Source: Anthoceros angustus (lineage: Eukaryota > Plantae > Anthocerotophyta). Taken from it: a stretch of DNA of 8,213 nucleotides. Positions 1 through 7,947 of the stretch are shown here, one piece after another. Location: NCBI GenBank assembly GCA_010909165.1, contig VJWM01000429.1:1-8213 (forward strand). Direction: 5' to 3'. Below the pieces are notes generated by a model, which did not search any database, was not told where the DNA came from, and was given only the letters and a program-made list of their open reading frames with translations. How positions within the stretch are numbered: the first letter of the stretch is position 1; every line of letters begins with the position of its first letter. Both the position numbers and the translations under genes were made by a program.

Positions 1-594
1 GGCAGGCAGGCGCTAAGGGCGGTAAGAATCACAAAGCGGTGGCAGGCCTATCATTCCCTTGAGACGGACTTCTTCCTACAACGACACGGGATTGTGCGTG
101 CCCGGCTGGCCATCAGCAAAAGTCACGCCACAATACCACAGGCAAACATTATGTAGCAGGTCTCCCAGTAGATCCTGCAGTGGGGAATTCCACAATTCCC
201 GTTTTGTCCACCATGCCTGCGGTTGATTTTGTGCCTCTGGGGTCTATGCCTAATCTGTGTACAATGCCTGAAAACCCTTGTGTCCATCCAGATTCGAATG
301 TCTCGCCTTATGATGAGGTATTTGAAGTGTGTGATAGTCAAGCCGATGGCGATGATTCCCCTTGTGATGAGATTCATGAAGGACCTAAGAGCTCCACTCC
401 TTCCAGAGGTCAAAGGACCCCATTCACGAATGAAGAGGACCGTGAGCAAGAGGGTTAAAAGCCGTGTGCGATATATAAGGAGGCGCATCTTGTGCGTAAG
501 AAGATGTCGATAAACTTGTCCTTCACCTTGAAGCGTTGAAGAAATTTTGATGTGGAGTATGATATTCCCGAAGAGGATATATGTCCTGTGTCAG

Positions 595-930
595 GTAAGT
601 TGATTTAATTTCTGTTCTCCTTTTACACAAGTAGATTTGAGTGCCACCGTCTTCTTTTCCTACGGGTAGTTCCCAGTGTACCATAGGAGTGTGTCATCAG
701 GCCTGTTGTTTAGATCGTATGTTCAAGCCTGAATATTCAGGCATGTTGTTCAAGCCTGAATATTCAGGCATGTTGTTCAAGCCTAAATATTCAGGCATGT
801 TGTTCAAGCTTGAAGATTTAGGCATGTTGTTCAAGCCTGAATATTCAGAGCTTGATTTTCAAGCTTTGAGTGGTTAGTGTTTCATTGTTAGATTCTAACT
901 ATGGTTGTATTGCTTTTTCGCTGGCTGTAG
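595..930 (+). other. Spliceosomal intron (GT-AG)
   Basis: Donor CAG|GTAAGT at 595, branch-like CTAAC at 895-899, acceptor TGTAG| at 930, T-rich body; removal restores the reading frame. Confidence 0.65.
721..848. repeat. 27-bp tandem repeat, ~4.7 copies, each containing the palindrome GCCTGAATATTCAGGC
   Basis: Unit GTTCAAGCCTGAATATTCAGGCATGTT at 721, 748, 775, 802 and 829 (partial). Confidence 0.95.
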
Positions 931-1688
931 GATTCATCAAGCATGACACCAATTCCTGGGTGCACATGAGAGACCAGTGTTGCTGGAGCATGAGATTTTT
1001 TTGCAATCCATTGGTACAAAGCTTTTGGGATGAGGAGGGGTCGAGACTCCTTGTGGAATCTAACATTGCATATTGATATGGTCCTTGGACTATGGATGCC
1101 ATTGCGATGCGTTTTCTCGAGTAACATTAAGTTTTGGAGGAACAATGTGTGGAGGGAAGCTAGGAACTTTTTGGACTGAGTCGAAGGTGAGGCCCAAATC
1201 TGTGAAGGAGGAGCACTGGCAGATTTTCTTGAAGGAGGAACGTGACAAGAGGGATGGGGTAGTGGCCCCATCCCAGCAGAAGGTGGCTGCAACAAACAGG
1301 ATCAAACCTTTATTTCGCTCATTTTGGCAATGGAGGCCAAAAGGCCTTTGTGGCCCGGTATGAAGGTAGGTTTGGTAAGAGCCCCACAGCTCAAGAGATT
1401 GCTACTGTGGCGTCCACACTAGGTTCATGGCTGAAGAAGTTGAATGCATATTGGAAGGAGAGTGGACACCCTGCCCCTCAGATGGTTTAACAGAAGCACT
1501 CAAATGGGAAGAAGATGAAGGCTTTAACTATGTGGAACGACTTGATTGCTGCAGAGTATGGAATTGAAGAGTCAGATGCCAAGGTGATGGAGGCAATCTA
1601 TCACAACATTGTTGAAGATGATGGTTTTATGCTACACCATATGCTTCCTCGGTCTGTGCAGAAGAATAATGCTTCTGCATGATTGTAG

Positions 1689-1780
1689 GTAATGGTCTAT
1701 TAAACGTCTTGATTGCACAAAGCTATTGCGAGGGCTCGAATCTAATGATGAACACCTCTTTGATGGCTGTATTTTTTCAG
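1689..1780 (+). other. Spliceosomal intron (GT-AG)
   Basis: Donor AG|GTAATG at 1689, CTAAT at 1742-1746, acceptor ATTTTTTCAG| at 1780; the next exon reads ASYDELDMVGSWQQL*. Confidence 0.5.
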
Positions 1781-1960
1781 GCCTCTTATGATGAATTGGA
1801 TATGGTTGGAAGTTGGCAGCAATTATAAATTAATTACAGTAGATTGCTATAGGTGGTGTTGTAGTAGAGTACTGTAGGATTTTTGCCTAGAAGCAAATAT
1901 ACTGCAATGTTGGGCAATTTTGTTTAAAGGATAATTCTGAAATACTTTACAATAGCCCAA

Positions 1961-2139
1961 ACTATTTACTATTTACTATTTACTATTTACTATTTACTAT
2001 TTACTATTTACTATTTACTATTTACTATTTACTATTTACTATTTACTATTTACTATTTACTATTTACTATTTACTATACTATATACTATATACTATTTAC
2101 TATTTACTATTTACTATTTACTATTTACTATTTACTATT
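1961..2139. repeat. (ACTATTT)n heptanucleotide microsatellite, ~25 copies
   Basis: 16 perfect units at 1961-2072, a short ACTAT/ACTATAT interruption at 2073-2091, then perfect units to 2133 and a partial unit to 2139. Confidence 0.97.
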
Positions 2140-2148
2140 AATATAGGT

Positions 2149-2700
2149 ATGAATTTTGGCGGGAGAAACCTACAAAGGCAGAAACTCTTTACAACAGCAA
2201 AGTTTACAACGGGTTGAATTATCTACAATGATTTGAATTTTGGGGGAAAATATTTACAACAATGGTATACATTTTTTACAAGGGTTTGAATTTGGGTGGG
2301 AAACTTTTTCCAATAGTATATGTTATTGACAATATTGGAGTTTGTAATGGGTTAATTTATTGTTATTTATAATAGTTTGAATTTGTGAAAATATTTATAA
2401 CGGTAGAAAGTTTTTACAACAGTTCGATTTACAATGGTTCAATAACAGGACCGTCCATATTTACAACGGCATACGTAACTTATAATGGTAGAATTTACAA
2501 GGATTTAGAATATTTACAACGGTCCGCTTTTACAACAAATACACCGTATATAAGTATACTATACGGAAGGACGTATATGTTTATGTAGTATATACGTTTA
2601 ACGTTTTTACAATGTATATTACTAAGGGCTGTTTACAACAATAATTTTACAACGGTCGTTGTAAAAGTGTTGTAAAACTCGTTGTAAAATCCGTTATAAA
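2149..2700. repeat. CACTA subterminal repeat region (TTTACAAC motifs)
   Basis: Many TTTACAA(C) copies that switch to the inverted GTTGTAAAA form near the end, including the palindrome TTTTACAACG-GT-CGTTGTAAAA at 2645-2666. TGAATTT(T)GG(C)GGGAAA-like units also recur near 2150, 2235 and 2287. Confidence 0.8.
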
Positions 2701-2721
2701 AGGATACTTTTCCTAGTATTG

Positions 2722-2878
2722 GAGGCTAGGCTAGCGCGAGGCGAGGCGCGGCTAAAGCTAGGCGCAGGCGAGGCTAGCGCTAGGCGCGAGGCTAGGCTAG
2801 GCGCTGAGCGAGGCTAGGCCAGCGCGAGGTGCGAGGCTAGGCTAGGCGTGAGGTGCGAGGCTAGGCTAGGCGAGGCGC
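2722..2878. repeat. GC-rich degenerate pentamer satellite (GGCTA/GGCGA/GGCGCGA)
   Basis: Read directly; begins immediately after the CACTA terminus. Confidence 0.9.
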
Positions 2879-3339
2879 ATTTGTTTGAGGTGAGTGATCC
2901 CGTGTCCAGTTTTGATAAGTGCCATGGAGTGCCTGCTCGGGGCCAAGCTCAGAGACATCAATGCCACAACGTGCGTCTCGAGGTTAGGAGCATGGGCAAG
3001 CAGTCAAAATCATCTCGATCGCCCTTCCCCATCATGAGCAGTGTACTATTTGCTATATAATGAAAGACGAGCGGACTATTAGGCACAACAATGTCACATT
3101 AAACCATCCCAACACCACATGTCGGCCTTAGCCTCCCGGTCTCATTGCTCACAGTGCAAGCCAGCTCAAATACCCTCGTTGCTCGATTTAGAGCTGCGGT
3201 TTTGAATTTATCTTCGCACGCACATACCTAGACCCAACTGAAGCCACATTGATCGATTGTCCATCCACATCACTTCCAATTACAAGGTCAGATGCCGAAC
3301 TGACATTGGTGTCATTCGTGGGCCCGCACTCCTATTCAA

Positions 3340-3690
3340 TCAAGTAGACTTCCTAGGTAAAGGAGCGGGTGACACGGTCTTCTTCTTCCTTCGTTTACTC
3401 ATCTTGACATCTTCCCACCTGCCTTGCAGCTTCTCCACCCCTTCACCCAGAACTGCATGTACTTGGACCTTGAGCCTATCGACCACATCCACCGCTACTC
3501 CCGGCCGTGATGCACTCCCCACTGCGGCATCGATGGCATCCTCCCCATATAGAATACCGTGGGTAGCTAGTTTTTTGGTCTTCTTGTTTGGCTCTGCATG
3601 AAATGAGAGGGTTCTCGAAGGCATTGCCTGCTTATTCCTTGGCATCCGAAGCATAGGTACGTGGTTGTGGTCAAGGATGCATCGACACTC
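3340..3690 (-). pseudogene. Unknown nuclear-protein gene fragment, paralog A (FHAEP...GILYG domain plus KRRKKK)
   Basis: Open frame after a TTTGTAG| acceptor at 3691: ECRCILDHNHVPMLRMPRNKQAMPSRTLSFHAEPNKKTKKLATHGILYG...WEDVKMSKRRKKK. It aligns ungapped with paralog B at 33/64 identical residues (hand count). Candidate upstream donors at 3864 (CAG|GTATGT) and 3751 (AAG|GTATGC). It may continue by frameshift to a donor at 3227. Confidence 0.65.
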
Positions 3691-3932
3691 CTACAAACTC
3701 ATAGTGGCCAAATTGCAATCAACATGGAACAAGATTACCTCAAATGCATACCTTAACAAAGCGATAAGAGTCGTGAGAATCTGTACTGGGTGACCAGGGG
3801 CAATGAGTCGTGGTCTTAGGTGAAGGAAGCGGCAATGGTGGTGATCAAGCCATAAGTAACATACCTGCACTGTGTATATGAATACAAAGGACTCGCTCAT
3901 TCTAACCTTAGCGCATAAAAAGCTTTGGTCCT

Positions 3933-6472
3933 ATGGCATGTGTTTGGAGCCGAGAGTCGATGAATCGTGAAGATCCGATTTGAGCGCTTAAAGACAAAAG
4001 CGAAGCTTGGGATAAAAGCCGAGCAACTCGAGGCGAGGTGTTGGCTTCTCCCACATGCATAGCACTCCGCAAATATGTAGACAGATACGCGGCCAAATTT
4101 CGCCTTATGAGTACACCACCATGCGGCTTCCTCATAGTGGAAACTAGCCAACTCATCCGCGACCACATTCTCTGGATGCCAAAGGAGGGGAAGAAGGCAC
4201 CGGTGGTGAGATCCTAAGCGTTTCACGCTGAGCCAGACAAAGACACCCGGAAGCTTGCAACTGCAGGAATTCTATATGGGACGGCCACAGTTGATGCTGC
4301 TGTCCGAAAGGAATCATATACGGGAGAAGAGGTGGTTGTGGAGAGTAGGTATGTGGCGGCTGTACAAGCTGTGCTGCGAGATGGAGCGGATGACTTGGTG
4401 GAGAAATGGGAATTGCGAAAAAGGAAAGGCGGTGGATCTCCTCCTTCCCGTAAAGGCGCCCAAGGAGAAGAAGCCGGGTTCAATGGATGCCTCCCCTTTG
4501 GACATCCCAATATCACCTTGTGGGGGCGGGTTGGCCGGAGACAATCAGCCGAAAAGGTGGATGCTATTGCAATTGGTGCAGCCTCACCCTTTTCCAGCAT
4601 GGGTGGAGGAACTTGTGCACCGATGCTGCCCCCATAAAACCATCAAACGGTGCGCGTGTTGTGCAATGCACTATTATAAGTTAGTGGCTGGCACAACAGC
4701 GGGAGGCTTCTCGTCATGCTAAACAAGCTATGGCGAGTCCCCTAAATCGAGTGCGGAGCCTGCCTTCTCCGATGGGAGAGCATGGCACCTCTTGATTTTG
4801 GGGGATCGTAAGGACGGGAAGGTCCAAACTGACATGGGGACTACCATCCTTTGCCAAACTAAGTTGCCACTCTTCGCTTTGTGTAGAGATGCCTTGACAA
4901 GATGCCAAACTAAGTTGCCACTCTTCGCTTTGTGTAGAGGAGATGCCTTGACAAAGATGCCAAACTAAGTTGCCACTCTTTAGCAGAGGAGATGCCTTGA
5001 CAAAGATGCCTGCCACCATCATCGATGTCGTTGGAGAGGTGGAGTCGAGTCTCGTAATGGGAGGGTTTGGTCGTTCCACCCACTTATGCGAGCCCATCCA
5101 TTATTGTGCCCAATAGCCCAACTCCATCTTTTGTGGTAGATAGTTTTGCAGAGGATACGGCCACTCATCGCCTAGAAGAGGACACTGTCAACGAGTATGA
5201 CAATCATGCTGTGGAGGCTGGTCAGAACTTGGAGGCTGATGAGCTATTGATTGATGATGACCATGTCCTTCATGAAGAGTCCCAACAGGCCCCCGTGACT
5301 GAAGTTCGGATTTCAAAGCCGGCTGGCAATAAGAGAGTACAAACTGGTGTACAAGCTGGCGAGGCTGATGCTTCCGGGTATGGCTTGGATGGGGACGGGG
5401 TGGGCTGCTGGGCCTGCTTTCATGGACGCAGACTCGGCCGACATGTCACCTACCATGAAGTACCGGTTGGACGGACGAGAACACTGTAATTTTGAAGGGC
5501 CTACTCGATTTCATTTCATATGGGTTCTTATATGTAATCTTTGCATACAAAGTTGGGTATTGAGAGGACCCTATCGCACAAAGGCTCAAGAAGAGGTGAC
5601 CTTGGGCCATGTAAATTTATAAACCCACTCATTAGGAATTTTTTGGCAAGAGCTCAATCTACTAAGAGGTTGGTTGAGTCGACCGTAAGGGCAGAAATTA
5701 GAGGGCCTTGGGAGCTGAGCAAAATAGTTAATCAAGTTATGACTAAGGTGGTTCGTCATTGGAAGTACAATACTGCTTTACGTGCTAGATAGTTCTTGGC
5801 TTCAAAAAAATCTAGCCAGTATGTGAACAAGTTGTTGTTAACAATTCTATTGCTGTAAGCATCATGTGCTGATGCTGACCTGACTTCTTTGATATGCAGG
5901 GACAAGTGGAAGAGCTATAGGGATACGACATGACATTGTCGGTGGAGCCTGCACTGCTGGTGGGCATCTGTCTCTTTACTAGCTTAAGCTAAACTTGCTG
6001 TTACCAGTTCGATGTTAGCTTGTTATGATGATTATAGTTCACAATTAGCTTGTTAACAATTGTTGTAAAGTTTATGTGTTGATGCTGACTTGACTTTTTT
6101 GATATGCAGGACAAGTGGAGGGCAATAGAAATAGGGCATGACATTGTTAGTGAGCTGTGTCTGGTGAATTCTTTATGATCTCGAGTCTAAAGTCAGTCCT
6201 GGTTATGCTACTGACATATTTGGGAAGCATTTTTGGTTGCTAATCAAGTTCTTGTCATGATACAGGAGCGAGTGGAGGGACTAATTATGGACATCACGAC
6301 ACAGCTAGTGGAGCCTGTCCTGCTGGTTTGCATCTATTCTTTTGTTGGCTTCAATGCAATGTTTGCAGCTCGTTTTGCTGTTGTCACTTCTCGTGGTTTG
6401 GATAGCTTGAATTGTTGCTCATAAATTCATGTGCATGACTCAGGAACGAGTGGTGGTATGCCATTGGCCTGA
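3933..6472 (+). pseudogene. Unknown nuclear-protein gene, paralog B, degenerate; extent beyond ~4640 inferred
   Basis: The frame from ATG 3933 has two in-frame stops (3981 TGA, 4215 TAA) and reads ...IRDHILWMPKEGKKAPVVRS*AFHAEPDKDTRKLATAGILYG...WELRKRK. Further + strand protein-like segments follow (acidic 5067-5489, basic 5541-5792), then four micro-exons ending at TGA 6470-6472. The core (4143-4420) is well supported; joining the downstream pieces is inference. Confidence 0.5.
4852..5010. repeat. ~52-bp tandem repeat, 3 copies
   Basis: TGCCAAACTAAGTTGCCACTCTT...GAGATGCCTTGACAA(A)GA at 4852-4902 (51 bp), 4903-4957 (55 bp) and 4958-5006 (49 bp). Confidence 0.93.
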
Positions 6473-6496
6473 AATTTAAAGAGCACCATAGGAAAG
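5835..6496 (+). repeat. Degenerate tandem intron-plus-micro-exon modules, 4 copies, period ~155-215 bp
   Basis: CAG| acceptors end at 5899, 6109, 6265 and 6443, each followed by related G(G/A)-AC/GC-AGTGG sequence. GT donors at 5960, 6164, 6326 and 6497. Copies 1 and 2 also share intronic TTGTTAACAATT and GATGCTGACYTGACTT. Confidence 0.7.
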
Positions 6497-6929
6497 GTAA
6501 GCAGCACAATGTAGACAGGGCAGGAGATTCAGCTTAGATGGTCTGATCGTCTACCTTCTGGTTTGCTTGTTTTTCAAAGTTTGTCAAGCACTCATCCTCT
6601 TCTTTGTATGTAAAAATCAGCTATACACGATGGTCCGGGTTGTGGCCTAGTTTTGAGCTTGGGGCACTCAAGTATTTGAATGTTGTATCAGGAGTGAAAC
6701 AAGCATTGAACTACAGATGCACCGCCCTTCCTGTTTTGTGGCTTAGGGCTTATATTTCATTGGATACCTCAATGCTTACAGGTTCCATGTTAGGTAGCAT
6801 CAGAAACGTGGTGAATCTCCACTTTAGATAGGCGTACTTCGCTATTGTGCCCTCCATTTTCCAATATACATAATATTCAGCTTTTCAAAGGTATTTTGAT
6901 TTATCTATATTATCAGTATTTACCATAAT

Positions 6930-6945
6930 AACCCTAAACCCTAAA
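6930..6945 (+). repeat. Short interstitial plant telomeric repeat / telo-box (AACCCTAAACCCTAAA)
   Basis: Two CCCTAAA units in an AT-rich context. Confidence 0.6.
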
Positions 6946-7047
6946 AACCAAAATAGGAATACAAACTTACTTTATACGAGCTTATAGCAATGGGCCACAA
7001 TGTATTTTACAATGCAATTTAGTTAAGTAACTAACTTAACTAGTATT

Positions 7048-7145
7048 TAACTATGGTTATCCTAACCTTGAAATAGTAACCATGATAATTAAACTATGGT
7101 TACTTATCCATGGTTAATAATATCTTGTTAGATTAACTATGGTAA
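7048..7145. repeat. Degenerate 14-15 bp period array of the palindrome TAACCATGGTTA
   Basis: Variants start at 7048, 7063, 7077, 7091, 7105, 7119 (weak) and 7134. Confidence 0.7.
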
Positions 7146-7385
7146 AATTCATATTATAATCCGTTATTATGTCCTCTGTAGGTCACATTGTAAGCCCCAT
7201 CATTTGTGTTGTAAACTCCATAAAAGTACCCGCGTTAGAAGTGACGCTTTAACTCAAAATGATGTGGGGTATAAGCATGGTTGGGTGCTCACTTTAGTTA
7301 GAAAACGGTTGAAACGCTCTTAATTTGTCCTCACGCAATGTTTACAATTATGAAAAATTCATTTCTTTTCCAACTTGTCTGATTT

Positions 7386-7649
7386 TTACCGGTAGCGCAC
7401 CAGCGCGTCCTCGCTGACGAACGTGCCGCTGCCGTGCTCGATGCGCAGCAGCCCTTCCTGTTCGAGCGCCGCGAGCGCCGTCGTGTCGTCATGCGACTGG
7501 CCCTGAGGGTCGCCGCGATCTCGCGGTCGGATGGCAGTTGGGCGCCCGGCGTGCACGCCGTCGAGGATCAACTGGCGGATCTGCGCTTCGAGCCGACGCC
7601 ACAGCGGCAGGGCGGCACCGGTTTCGTGCGGGGCGGAGGTCTTAGCCAT
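7386..7649 (-). pseudogene. phnF: GntR/HutC-family phosphonate regulator PhnF, N-terminal winged HTH only; frameshifted and truncated at the junction
   Basis: Correcting compensating frameshifts at ~7550 and ~7479 gives MAKTSAPHETGAALPLWRRLEAQIRQLILDGVH/PGAQLPSDREIAATLRASRMTTR/ALAALEQEGLLRIEHGSGTFVSEDALVRYR, a canonical GntR wHTH (LPS..., SRMT.R.AL..L..EG, GSGTFV). The C-terminal UTRA domain is absent and the stop is supplied by junction bases 7386-7388. Divergent position to phnG supports the name. Confidence 0.85.
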
Positions 7650-7712
7650 GACGGTCTTCGTTCTTGGCCCCGCGACATCGCCGGGACGGGGCTTCCGGAA
7701 GTCTTGGCGAAC

Positions 7713-7764
7713 AGGTATAGACCAATTGGCGCTGAGGTATAGACCTCTCCAGTGGCCTAGACCA
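7713..7764. promoter_or_regulatory. Three putative PhnF operators in the phnF-phnG intergenic region
   Basis: GGTATAGACC at 7714-7723 and 7736-7745 (22 bp apart), and TGGCCTAGACCA at 7753-7764. The first two match the HutC-subfamily GT-N-TA-N-AC consensus; the third has one mismatch. Confidence 0.75.
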
Positions 7765-7947
7765 TTTGACAGGGACCGAGATGAGCGAGCTGCCGTCCCT
7801 CCAGCCAGCGCCACGCGGACCGCCGTATTTCGCGCCAGGGCCGGCTTTCACCTTGTGGACGGCGGTCCCCCTCCGCCGCCGTCACGTCATCAGGGTCACC
7901 GGGGCGCGGCATTGGTCGCCCCGCGCCCCTCAGACCAGGATCCGCCC

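Larger units (their letters stand above)
3..1828 (+). pseudogene. Decayed spliced CACTA ORF2 (TnpA / Ptta-En/Spm, Transposase_24-like)
   Basis: Predicted exons are ~3-594, 931-1688 and 1781-1828; the first splice joins in frame (..EEDICPVS|GFIKHDTNSW..). Stitching frames in exon 2 gives SNIKFWRNNVWREARNF/WTESKVRPKSVKEEHWQIFLKEE...AATNRIKPL/FAHFGNGGQKAFVARYEGRFGKSPTAQEI, which resembles the P..V...W...NR....H.G...G..P motif of CACTA ORF2 proteins. Several frameshifts and stops are present. Family call is from memory. Confidence 0.55.
1..2721 (+). mobile_element. 3' portion of a CACTA (En/Spm) DNA transposon, degenerate
   Basis: Ends in TTTTCCTAGTATTG (2708-2721), one substitution from the typical CACTA right end ...TAGTAGTG. 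It is preceded by ~550 bp of direct and inverted TTTACAAC(GG)/(CC)GTTGTAAA subterminal repeats and, further upstream, a spliced TnpA/Ptta-like ORF remnant. The 5' end and TSD lie outside the window. Confidence 0.75.

Noticed and set aside
721-848. CRISPR array (palindromic ~27-bp repeats)
   Set aside because: Units are directly adjacent with no unique spacers, there are no cas genes, and the array lies in a spliceosomal intron.
641-877. 78-aa ORF with MLFKPEYSG repeats
   Set aside because: It is a translation of the 27-bp intronic repeat, with a non-ATG start in eukaryotic DNA.
2385-2588. 67-aa ORF
   Set aside because: It is a translation of the TTTACAAC subterminal repeats.
3257-4600. ORFs 3257-3601 (+) and 4223-4600 (-) as a homologous gene pair (PYRIP..ASF)
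   Set aside because: They are antisense shadows; the synonymous third-position changes fit the opposite-strand FHAEP frame.
4714-5097. 127-aa minus-strand ORF
   Set aside because: It spans the tandem repeat, is antisense to paralog B, and shows no recognisable motif.
6930-6945. True telomere or chromosome end
   Set aside because: Only two units, and internal to the sequence.
7321-7400. Sequencing adapter remnant or T-DNA border at the junction
   Set aside because: No recognisable adapter or 25-bp border sequence is visible.
7650-7814. N-terminal extension of PhnF from 7814
   Set aside because: It runs through the operator cluster; the GntR domain position favours ATG 7649.
7879-7899. Pho box upstream of phnG (GTCAC/GTCAT/GTCAC)
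   Set aside because: Half-site spacings are 5, 9 and 14 rather than 11 bp. It is biologically plausible and could be distorted by deletions, but is not supportable as read.
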